DNA of 64,000 nt. Source: Scyliorhinus canicula. Lineage: Eukaryota. The stretch is taken from assembly GCF_902713615.1 (NCBI RefSeq), contig NC_052146.1:309644335-309708334 (forward strand). The letters run 5' to 3'. The notes beneath the pieces are model-generated. The model was not told the DNA's origin, searched no databases, and saw only the letters and a program-made list of their open reading frames with translations. Below are positions 51,617-62,164 of the stretch, piece by piece. The translations under genes and the position numbers were made by a program. Numbering within the stretch: the stretch's first letter is position 1; every line of letters starts with the position of its first letter.

Positions 51617-54600
51617 TGTCGTGATTGTAGATTTGACTAGATGCAATACAACTGAGCAAACACTAGAGGGAGCACGGGAGAGCTATAAATGCACCGGGAC
51701 AGGAAGTGAGGACAGACTTCATGGAAGGCAGAACTCGTAGCAGGACAGACACACGAGCAGGCAGCATTTGAGGTAGCCGTAAGTTAAGCTCTGAAGAGAG
51801 AACGAATTCACAATAAAGCATCTTCTCCACATTTGAGACTATGAGCTTTATTAAGACACGAGGAACAACACATGGTACCAGCAGTGGCTTCAGACGCTTA
51901 CTACAGGACAACTCAGCTGCAGATACAGAAAGAACAAAATGCCATGGAAATCTCCTACTGGACATTCGACTTGGGAAGACATCGCTGATTGGAGGATGTG
52001 GCTTGGATACCCACCTCAGCTGGACACGACCGGCAATGTAAGAAATGTCTGGAAAATGTTTAAACAATGGTTCGATTTATATATCATAGCTAATGATTGT
52101 TGCACGTTTTACTATGGGCGTAAAACGCGTTTATTGGAGTGTATTAACACGCCTCCGAGTTCGACGTGTGCTTAACACTACTAGGCTCTGTTCTATGTAA
52201 TTATTTAGCTCTTGAGTCGCCAGTTGCCGTCTAGGCAACGTCACAAGTATTCCAAGGTCAAGTTCAAAGTAATAAAGACGATACACCGATTAGTAAAGTT
52301 CAAACGATCAATATTTATTATACAGTTATAATAAATACTCATGCACACACTAAGAGACTAAGCTATAACTAAACTTAAGTGAACAGAATACTTATCTAAC
52401 AGGAACAGGCAAGGTCAGAGAACGAGGCCTTCATCCTGGTTTTGTACTGCAGCCTTCAGCAAGCGTTCTGGTACTTGGGAGTCTAGTGGGCTTGGATCGC
52501 GTAGCGAGCGTTGAACTTACGGTTTCGGCGGCTGGTGCTCAACGGCTGGAGTCAGGATGCAAGATGTCAGTCAGAGCCGGAGCACGAGTTTAACAGACCG
52601 GGCTCTGTGGGGAATTTGCTTTTATACCCCTCTCTAATGTCCTTGCCCCCTTCTAGGCGGGCTCTACCTTTCGGTACCGATTGGAACGTTTCCAAACGGC
52701 TACCTTCGAAATCCTCCAATGCGGGGCTTCCCTCGATGTTGGGGGGTGGTTTCGATATTCGTTACTCTGGTGCCATCCTGTCTGCTCCACCAATTAAGTG
52801 CTACATTGAGATGGAAATGTTGCCATTGTGTGTGCCTGGATCTGGGCCGCCTCATCAGAATGTTAAGCGCTTTGCCATTAACACCTTTGGCTTGGAGATC
52901 TGCACCTGGCCAGAAAACTGGTTTGCTGCTTGCAAAATGCTAATTAGTTGAGAGCAGGCTGTCTGTTCTCACTAAACAGGCTTTCCCTGCTGTCTTCCAT
53001 TTTAGTTTGGCTCAGTGTCCATTTTGCGTGGCCAGCATGGCTACATGATGTAGCAGCAGCCTCAGACGAAATTAAAATGGCAATGCTCATCGCAGGACAT
53101 GAAGCTAGGAAAGTTTATAATGGATTTAAATACTCAAAAGATGAAGACAGCAACAGCTTACAAACAATACTAAACAAATTTGAAGAGTAATGTAAGAAAT
53201 TTGAACAGCAAGGCATGCTCAGAGGCCAAACTGCACAGAGACTGAGTGATGCAAAACTTAAACAATCACAAAAAGAACAAGAAATCGCGAGTGAAAAGTA
53301 CAGATCAAAAAGAAGAAATAACTTGAATTTTTCACACAGCCACAATGCTGAAATCCAGTCCAGATTGAAAGGAAAAGGTAACTTACAACTTTCAGAAAGA
53401 AAAAACGCTGAAATCCATGATAAAATGGCGTCCGATCACATTTTACAGTCTCGGGCAGACAAACTATAAACTGCGTCTGCGCATGCGCAGGGAACGGAAG
53501 CCGCGCATGCGCTGTTACAATCACCCGTTTATCGTTATCAGTTTAAAAAAGTTCGAGTTACTGATCATTATGCGCATGCGCAATCTCAAAATGTTTTGGT
53601 CGCGGATCGTTATGCACACGCGTAAGCCGCGCATGCGCAGTGGACACAAAACCGCAGAGTGAAGGAAGGCCGATTTGCGCATGCGCAATTGATTCCTACG
53701 CATGATGTCATGAGCGTCATGACGTCTGAACATCCAGACCGCGCCTACTTAAAAGGGAAATGCCCGAAAATTGAAAACAAGATACTTAAAGCGGTAAAAC
53801 CAAACTTTCTTGCCTCAGAAGACAAAAAAACGCCTGAACTTAAACCAACAGTTAAAAACAACTTGCACAACACCCTGGAAAAAGCAGTCTGCACCACCCA
53901 AAGTGAAGAGAACAAAAAGAATTCCGAAACAACAAAAGATAATTTGTTTTTCGAAAATTACTACTCAGACATGGCTGAGTTATCGGATATGCTGATCACA
54001 GCATCAGCGACACGGTCGCAAAGCTCAACACGAATCTACTCGTGGTAGATGAATCCAACCAAGGTGATTTGGTTTTTGAAGAATACTACTCAGACATGGC
54101 TGAGTTATTCGGATATGCTGATCACAGCATCAGCGACACGGTCGCAAAGTTCAACACAAATCTACTCGTGGTAGATGAATCCAACACCATGGTGCCATGG
54201 CAGATCGTCGATACATTGGATGACAGCAATACCCAAGACCAAGACGACGCCATACAGAGAGCACAGAAAGACTCCACAGAGTGAGCGATGACAGGCTCCA
54301 CAGTGCGAGTGATGAAAGACTCCAAAAGGGAAGCAAGCAAACACTCCCTGGCAAACACCATGCATGAACAAGACCATGAAGGTCAACCCACTGTATCTGA
54401 GCAACCGCAACAGACCATGAAAGTCTACCAAGCTCACATAAACAAGAAGAAGACAATGTACATCTACCCACTGCATGCGAAAACAGTGACAAGGTGATCA
54501 CACTCAACGTACAGGATCACAGCGAGACTGACAGTTCTCAGCTTGTCTGTACAGAAGCACAGAGTCGGGCCACCCAAGAGTCCAGTGAGACCATGCCAAA

Positions 54601-55967
54601 AGAAACCATGCAGATTTTGATGCAGGAAGAGGAGCACCAAGAGTCCAGAGTGACCGCGTCAAATGAAATCGTGAAGAATTTGACTCCAGAAGAGGAGCAC
54701 CAAGAAAGCAAAGATGAGGAATCAAATCCACCACAAATGACTGATGTCACCAGCATCAATGCAACATCAGATCAGTCTCACCATTCTCGAGACGAAACGT
54801 TCAATGCAACAAATTCCACAAAGGACAGTCGCACCAATAACTGTGACAATGACTCAAATTATCCACACGGGACACTCATTGAGCATAACAAGGAAAACGA
54901 AAGCCAAAAGAAGCACAGCAGAAACGAGAACAACAACAGCAAGAACAAAAGCAACATGAAGCGCGACAAGAACAACAAAAATCACAAGAAGCACTGCAGA
55001 AACAAGAACAACAGCACCAACAAAAACTACAAGCACAACGACAAAAACTACAAGAAGAACAACAAAACTAACAAGAAGCATAACAAAGATAGCGATAACA
55101 ACAAAGACAGAAACGACAAAAACAGCAACAAGAACGGCAACGAAAACAACAAAGACAAGAATGACAGAAACAACAGCAATGAAACAATGACTTGTACAAA
55201 ATAGTACAACTCTGCACATGAAGGACAATGCCACAGCACACTGCAAAACAATGACAAGACTACAAACATGCCATGGGATGACAACGAATCGCACAAACTC
55301 ACATCTGCTACAGAACAAGCAAGCATACCAGCTTTCAAGGCAGATGAAATAATAAATCGATACAACAAGCACAAAAAAAAGTCCATGTCAGTCAACATCA
55401 GTGGTTCGACCATGCAAACACCTCGGGATGACGCAATGGTTACTTAAAATAACAAGGAACACCAACAACATTCACAACTGAGTTGCAATATCAATATCAC
55501 CACGTCAGCAACAACAAAAGAAAAGAACTCTGAACAAATTCATCAAGTTTGGATTCATAAATGTTTTATTAAGATTGGACTCATAAATATAAATTGGCTT
55601 TGTAAAATATGCAATAGCACCATCTCTTGTATAGATACACATTTCATAAGTAACTGTTTTGTACAATTTTCTTTAACGATGTACAGAAAATATGTAAAGA
55701 AAAAAGGGGGATGTCGTGATTGTAGATTTGACTAGATGCAATACAACTGAACAAACACTAGAGCGAGCACGGGAGAGCTATATATACACAGGGACAGGAA
55801 GTGAGGACACACTTCACGGAAGGCAAAACTCGTAGCAGGACAGACACACAAGCAGGCAGCATTTGAGGTAGCCGTAAGTTAAGCTCTGAAGAGAGAACGA
55901 ATTCACAATAAAGCATCTTCTCCACATTTGAGACTACGAGCTTTATTAAGACACGAGGAACAACACA
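51617..55967 (+). mobile_element. Non-autonomous Gypsy element B (256-bp LTRs, gag remnant, low-complexity interior, no pol)
   Basis: LTRs 51617-51872 and 55712-55967, TSD CTCCA, PBS TGGTACCAG and PPT AAAGAAAAAAGGGGGA. Confidence 0.92.
52098..53045 (-). mobile_element. Solo LTR C (948 bp), related to the LTR of the tandem element
   Basis: TGTTGC...GGCTACA termini with a 4-bp TSD TGAT. Removing it restores B gag (IIAND-VAAASDEIK). Shares long blocks with 56317-57212. Confidence 0.9.
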
Positions 55968-57597
55968 CTCCAGACTTAGCTCCAGTGTCTTTCCGCTAAT
56001 TCGAGATGTGACTGACTACACCACAGCTATGGAACTGCTCAAGGAGAACTATGCACCGTCGGCGAACACCCTGTTTCTACTCACGTCCAGCAGCCGGGTG
56101 AGTCGATTGAGGACTTCTGGAGGGCCCTTATACCTCTGGTACGAGACTGCGACTGCCGGGCCCTCACAGCCACGGAACATTCTGATTTACTTATGCGCTA
56201 TGTCTTTCTTACTGGCATTGCATCGGATCCCATCCGGCAATGACTGCTGGAAGGGGCCGCCCAGACCTCACGGCAGCAAAAGCCCTGGCGCTTTCCATGA
56301 CGGCCGCCTCCCATAGCGTTGCTCGTTTTAAGTAAGTGTGCTTAACACTCACTTGGCTCTGTTTCTCTCTCTATGCTCTGGAGTCGCCAGGTGCCAGAAC
56401 AGACACCGTCACAAGTATCAAGGTCAAGTTCAAAGTAATAAAGCTATACACCAATTAGTAAGTCCAAACAGTTAGAGTTTATTATAACAATTATAATAAA
56501 TACTCATGCACACGCTAAAGACTAACTTACTTCTGCCATTAAACGACTAATACTTATCTAAGAAGGAACAGGCAAGGTCAGGGAACAAGGCCTTCGTTCC
56601 GTTCTGGTCTGCAACTTCTTGTTACTACTGGTCGGCACGGGTATAAGTAATGCCTGGGTCAAGGTAGCGATCGTCGTTTGGCACTTACTTATCGATGGCT
56701 GCTGCTCGACGGCTGGTGTAAAAGACAGGAGTCTGGAGGCCGGAGACAGGAGACTGAACCATGTGCAGGACCTTTTTTTATAGGTCCCAGGAGGTCCGTG
56801 CCCCTTGGGGCGGGCTTCCTCACCTGCTGGGGATCGATTGGGCCATTTCCCAATCGATATGATTTGAACCCCCCTATCCTAGGGCCGTTCCTTGATGGCT
56901 GGGGCGGTTCTTTGAACTCATTGTCCTGGCTTCGCTGGCTCCATCGTGTCTGCTTCGCTATTGAAAGTATCGATTGATACTTGAGTGCATCTATTGTGCC
57001 CGGGACTGTCCCGGTATCACCTCATTAATATGTAAACTGTTTTCCCATTTACTGCGCTGCCTGAACTCTGCAGCTGTGGGGAAACAGGTTTTTGCAAGTG
57101 TCTCCATGCTGAAAGCTTCGGCAAGCTGTTTGCTCTTTACTATGTCCGTTTTTCCCTGCATTCTTTGCAGTCTTCCATTTTGTGTTACCAGTGGCCATCT
57201 TAGACGGCTACACTCCCTCCTTGTGATCCTCTCGAGAAATTGTGAAGGATCACCTATGTACGGTTCCTTTGTGTTCCTTTGGGTTCCCTGTGTTCTTTTG
57301 GGTTCCCTGACCTTAGCGAGTTCCAGGGCGTCTACTCTGTCCTTAACTATGGCACAGATTTTTAGCTAACATTTCTCTAATTGGCACTATGTCAAAGGGG
57401 ACATGCATTACCAATAATCGGAAACCTCTACCTATCGAAACAACTACTCTCGTCTTACTTTTAAAACATCCTATCACATTCTAAAATCTTACTCATTCAT
57501 ACCACAGTACATCTTGCTTTCTGACTCGGCAGTCGAGCACAGAACAATATAATCCATCCGTAATCCTTTTATTTACAGATCGCATTAAATAAATCTC

Positions 57598-57942
57598 TTA
57601 CACATCAAGGGGTTGGGGGGATTGGTGAAAACCGAAAATAGGGGATTGAACTCCGTAAATAGTTGAGGGGCAAGAGCGGGAGGCTCTCCTTTTCCATTTC
57701 CTCAACCTGAGGGTCTGCACTATGATGCAGAGAATTGCAATCACCAAAAGTGATTCAATTATATACGCCAGCGAGTACCAGGTCATGAATTTGGTGCACC
57801 AGGTCTGAACCTCACTGTTCATCGCGGAGCATGGAGAAGTCGGTGTGTGGGAAACATTAACGGCGGGGGTCATGGGGGAAACATGGTTTGCATCTGCGCG
57901 CAACAATACAACAACAATAAATAGAAATATGTAGGCTTCCAT
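57598..57942 (-). CDS. 114-aa type I membrane protein (signal peptide, short ectodomain, one TM, polybasic tail) in the env position
   Basis: Strong Kozak context ACCACGATGG. Sequence blocks: MEAYIFLFIVVVLLRADA, NVS sequon, C-x10-C, WYSLAYIIESLLVIAILCIIVQTL, RLRKWKRR. The frame is open upstream to 58200. Confidence 0.7.
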   Translation of the reverse strand: MEAYIFLFIVVVLLRADANHVSPMTPAVNVSHTPTSPCSAMNSEVQTWCTKFMTWYSLAYIIESLLVIAILCIIVQTLRLRKWKRRASRSCPSTIYGVQSPIFGFHQSPQPLDV

Positions 57943-58894
57943 CGTGGTCTTCTTTCTTCTCTTCCTTCTCTGCCTTTTGTATGGCTGATCTTGCTGTGAT
58001 CCCTCCTTCGACTGTTCGAAAGCTATGGGATCAAGCACAGTATCTGTCAATACATAGTTTAATATCTGTAATGTTAGTGTATCTGTCCTCTCATTCCAAT
58101 TGTCCCTTAAATGAATGGCCAAGTCACACCCTGTGACTCCCCTCATTTTTTTTTTCAAATGCGAATTTAGGACCAGACATACACCTAACAACTTTTCCAC
58201 TGCGAGCCGTCTCGCAGGCTTTGCGATTTACCATCCGAATGTTCCTGGATGTAAATAGCATGTGGGATGGCTGCCGATGGGCTACCTATAGAAAAATGAA
58301 AGCAAAGTTTGGAACAAAAAGGTCGAATGAGTTGCGTGTGGGCCGCTACGGGTAAGGTTTGAATGGGATCTCCTGGTAAGGCGTGCTGTGCTGTACCCGA
58401 GCTTAGCTGACCAAAAGGGGGGGTCCTCAGACAGGGCGGGTGCTCAATGCCGTTTCTCCACTGCCAGAGCAACCTGAAATGAACGGGCAAGAATGTAGTC
58501 ATAGTGGAATTGCAGCCTCTATTCCCAGAATAGAGGGGCACCTAAAAAAACAAGGGAGGAGCCAAGATGCTCCAACATCTACAAACAGAAGACAAGTCGT
58601 GAACATTGTCGGTTCACCAGAGGATATTTAAATTGAGTGAAGTTCTCAGAAGTATCTGCGGATTAACTAACGTGCATGTGAGGTGGTCACAAGCTTTTCA
58701 GCTGAAAAGGAAGTGGCCAATCTCCAAACAAACATTTTACAAAAACAAACAAAACATACGTGCAGGTTCCATCAGTGGTGGCGTGGGGCTGTGAAAAGCT
58801 GTTTAAATTTAAACACTGAACATTTAACAAACACATACAAACAAACATGCAACGAATATCGTACAGGTTCCATCAGACAGAAGGATACCGTAAA

Positions 58895-60946
58895 TTACAT
58901 TTGGCTTGGGGTGTAACTAGCATATGGAGTCAGTGCAGTGTGACCGAAGAAGAGAGGAAGGAGAGAAACAAAAATGAACTGGCATTGCTGAGGTATCCCT
59001 ACCATGAGAAGTGGTGGGTAAGCGCTGATAGTTTGCATGGGGCAGCTGGCACCTTGTAGCTGCTGTGGGTGGTGTTCTCTTTCATATCTGGGGGCGGGTC
59101 TAGCTGGTGCTGGGGGTCTCCTGCAATCTCGGGCGAAGTGTCCTGGCTGCCGACAGTTGTAACATGACCCCTGAGGCACATAAGGCGGAGCAGGCACTCT
59201 GGTGCATTGTTCCCTTGTGTACTGTTCCCTGAGTGGGGGGTCTGGGCTGTTGGTTTCGTTGCTGCTTCGGGGGGCATTGGTGGGCTGATTCTGTTGCTGT
59301 TTGGGGGGGGGGGCTTGACATTCTCGAGCGTAATGTCCTAATTGTCCATAGTTAAAACATTCCTGTGACTTGGTCTGCTGTGGGCCGTTCCTTCCCTCAT
59401 TTACACATGCTGGGTTTTGATGTGTTTTAACTGGATTCATGTCTGCATCTGCCTGCTCTTCCTTGGGATTTATAAATGCTATTATATTGTGGACGGATTG
59501 CTGCCAAACGCGGGACAATCTTTTCAAGACCCATTTTTCATTTTGGGCCTCTTCTGAGGGGTCATAATTGCTGCAGACATTCTGTCCTGCATCTGTGGCA
59601 TGGGAGATTATGGTGCGGGTCCATTTAACCATATTGTCTCGGTTTAAATGTGCGCGGTCTAATTCGCCAAAATCGGCAGTGAAATGAATCCACAGCCTTC
59701 CTGCGAATGCTGTGGGATGCTCTGTCCTCTTCTGCCTACATTTATTTAGGCCTTCGACTAGGTCTCCTCTATGGTACCCTATCGTGTCTAAAATGGATGT
59801 TTGCATCTCCTCTAGTGTGCCTCCTCCAACGTTCTGTGGGTCGGGGAGGGCTGCAACTACCGATGGGTCTAAACTCAAAACAGTGAGCTTAACCTGCTCT
59901 CTTTCATCCAGGCCATACATGGTAGCCTGCTGTTTTACCTTTGCGAAAAATTGGTGAGGGTCTGCGGTGGGGAGAAACGGGGTGATTTTCTCACACGCAT
60001 CCCTGAGTTGCGTTACAGTTAAGGGGGTGGTGTAGGTAACCTCGGGTGCGCCGTCTGTGGTTGCCTTTCTTTGGGTGGTGACTGGGTTCATAGGTGCGGG
60101 TGCTATCTGATCTGTGGGGGGTTGGGGTGCTTTCCTCTTTTGTTGCGCTGCTGGCGCACATGTTCCCTGAACATAGCGCTGCGCTGTCTCCCTCAGTTCC
60201 TGCCAGCCTGGGGCATTTTTCTCATCTAACTGTGTTCCAAAGGTGCTTTGGAACCCATTCTGCACTGAAAGCAGAGATTGCAGCTCTGCAATCTGCTTCC
60301 TACACTTTGCGTGGTCCACTGTGCTCTGTCTTTGTTCTGTGGTGGCAGCGTGGTGTGGTCTTAAAGCTGCCTTTAGGTCAGAGCATTGCCTCTGCAATGC
60401 CTCTACCTGCTTTTCTGATTCATCTCGTATCAGGACTGCACGTTGCACATCCTGATAGGCTTTTTCGTATTGTGTCTGGGAACTGCTCAGATGGGCTAGA
60501 CACGACTGATGTGCCCTCTTGGCATCATCTACCTCTCTACCCTTCTCTGCCAGCTTCCCTCTTAGCTCGAGGTTTTCCTTTTCGATGTCCCTGACATCCA
60601 CTTTACTCATTCTGTTTCGTTCCTCTAACTCTACTCGGAGCGTCCGAACGACCTCCTCAATGCCTCGCAACTGTGCCAAACAGGACACGATTGCCATCGG
60701 CTTGCGTGCTTTACTTAGATTTTTCTTATGAATTTGAGAGAGGTTCTCCCACCAAGTATGTTCTATTCTCCCGGGACCTGTCTCCTCATTCATACTAAAC
60801 TCATTCCAAAGGGGCCATCCTTTCCCTTTTAGATACTTGCGGAGTTCCAGCTCCCATACGGGACACTGGCCTACTCTGCTACTGCTGATCGCTGCGACCA
60901 AGGACTGCTCTGGATTCATGAGGTGTTCCATTGCCTGCATGGCCAT
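58895..60946 (-). CDS. gag: Gag polyprotein, 683 aa (coiled-coil, capsid-like region, two zinc knuckles)
   Basis: Intact ORF about 280 nt after the PBS. Knuckles are CFNYGQLGHYAREC (degenerate) and CYNCRQPGHFARDC. No protease or RT follows. Confidence 0.85.
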   Translation of the reverse strand: MAMQAMEHLMNPEQSLVAAISSSRVGQCPVWELELRKYLKGKGWPLWNEFSMNEETGPGRIEHTWWENLSQIHKKNLSKARKPMAIVSCLAQLRGIEEVVRTLRVELEERNRMSKVDVRDIEKENLELRGKLAEKGREVDDAKRAHQSCLAHLSSSQTQYEKAYQDVQRAVLIRDESEKQVEALQRQCSDLKAALRPHHAATTEQRQSTVDHAKCRKQIAELQSLLSVQNGFQSTFGTQLDEKNAPGWQELRETAQRYVQGTCAPAAQQKRKAPQPPTDQIAPAPMNPVTTQRKATTDGAPEVTYTTPLTVTQLRDACEKITPFLPTADPHQFFAKVKQQATMYGLDEREQVKLTVLSLDPSVVAALPDPQNVGGGTLEEMQTSILDTIGYHRGDLVEGLNKCRQKRTEHPTAFAGRLWIHFTADFGELDRAHLNRDNMVKWTRTIISHATDAGQNVCSNYDPSEEAQNEKWVLKRLSRVWQQSVHNIIAFINPKEEQADADMNPVKTHQNPACVNEGRNGPQQTKSQECFNYGQLGHYARECQAPPPKQQQNQPTNAPRSSNETNSPDPPLREQYTREQCTRVPAPPYVPQGSCYNCRQPGHFARDCRRPPAPARPAPRYEREHHPQQLQGASCPMQTISAYPPLLMVGIPQQCQFIFVSLLPLFFGHTALTPYASYTPSQM

Positions 60947-62164
60947 TTCCTCCTTCTGTCTTAATTTTGAACAGGGGATGTTCTGGTAATGTTTTAAAAG
61001 ACGGGTAATGCTTTTGCTATGTTCCGCTTAAAAACCCACGACAGTTTGTCGCAACAAAAATCTCTCAGGTTAACCTTACAACCCTGTTAGTTACGCATGC
61101 ACAAACCACACTTCCGAATTATCGTTATTGGTTTGAACTCCTTGAACACTTGTGATATTTCCTTTTTCCCAATTAGATTTCCAATTCAAATTTCTGGGTT
61201 CTCTCGGAGTGGGGGGGCCACTTCTAATCGAATCCCGGCTGATGTCGCCACTAAATGTTGCTCGTTTTATGTAAGTGTGCTTAACACTCACTTGGATCTG
61301 TTTCTCTCTCTATGCTCTGGAGTCGCCAGGTGCCGTAACAGACACCGTCACAAGTATCAAGGTCAAGTTCAAAGCAATAAAACTATACACCAATTAGTAA
61401 GTCCAAACAGTTAGAGTTTATTATAACAATTATAACAAATACTCATGCACACGCTAAAGACTAACTTACTTCTGCCATTAAACGACTAATACTTATCTAA
61501 GAAGGAACAGGCAAGGTCAGGGAACAAGGCCTTCGTTCCGTTCTGGTCTGCAACTTCTTGTTACTACTGGTCGGCACGGGTATAAGTAATGCCTGGGTCA
61601 AGGTAGCGATCGTCGTTTGGCACTTACTGATCGATGGCTGCTGCTCGACGGCTGGTGTAAAAGACAGGAGTCTGGAGGCTGGAGTCGGAGGCCGGAGACA
61701 GGGGATTGAACCATGTGCAGGACCTTCTTTTATTGGTCCCAGGAGGTCCGTGCCCCTTGGGTCGGGCTTCCTCACCTGCTGGGGATCGATTGGGCCTTTT
61801 CCCAATCGATATGATTTGAACCCCCCTATCCTAGGGCCGTTCCTTGATGGCTGGGGCGGTTCTTTGAACTCATTGTCCTGGCTTCGCTGGCTCCATCGTG
61901 TCTGCTTCGCTATTGAAAGTATCGATTGATACTTGAGTGTATCTATTGTGCCCGGGACTGTCCCGGTATCACCTCATTAATATGTAAACTGTTTTCCCAT
62001 TTACTGCGCTGCCTGAACTCTGCAGCTGTGGGGAAACAGGTTTTTGCAAGTGTCTCAATGCTGAAAGCTTCGGCAAACTGTTTGCTCTTTACTATGTCCG
62101 TTTTTCCCTGCATTCTTTGCAGTCTTCCATTTTGTGTTACCAGTGGCCATCTTAGACGGCTACA

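Larger units (their letters stand above)
51185..56316 (+). mobile_element. Gypsy element A (LTR 51185-51430 and gag start at 51460), split by element B and cut by the tandem ERV-like array
   Basis: The gag frame MDIRIKPDRLQLDP...QLLYS continues after B as RLSSSVFPLIRDVTDYTTAMELLKENY. Confidence 0.75.
56317..62164 (-). mobile_element. Pol-less LTR element (ERV-like), unit 1: LTR-PBS-gag-small TM ORF-PPT-LTR
   Basis: LTRs 61256-62164 (909 bp) and 56317-57212 (896 bp; 13-bp indel). PBS TGGCGACATCAGCCGGGATTCGA at 61228-61250 partially matches tRNA-Ser(GCU). PPT ACAAGGAGGGAG at 57213-57224. Confidence 0.92.

Noticed and set aside
57085-57100. Nonamer-like GGTTTTTGC in the LTR
   Set aside because: There is no heptamer at 12 or 23 bp spacing.
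56678-57369. Plus-strand ORFs in the LTRs (repeated at 61558-62321)
   Set aside because: They are antisense to the element with no recognisable features, and their recurrence is explained by the recent duplication.
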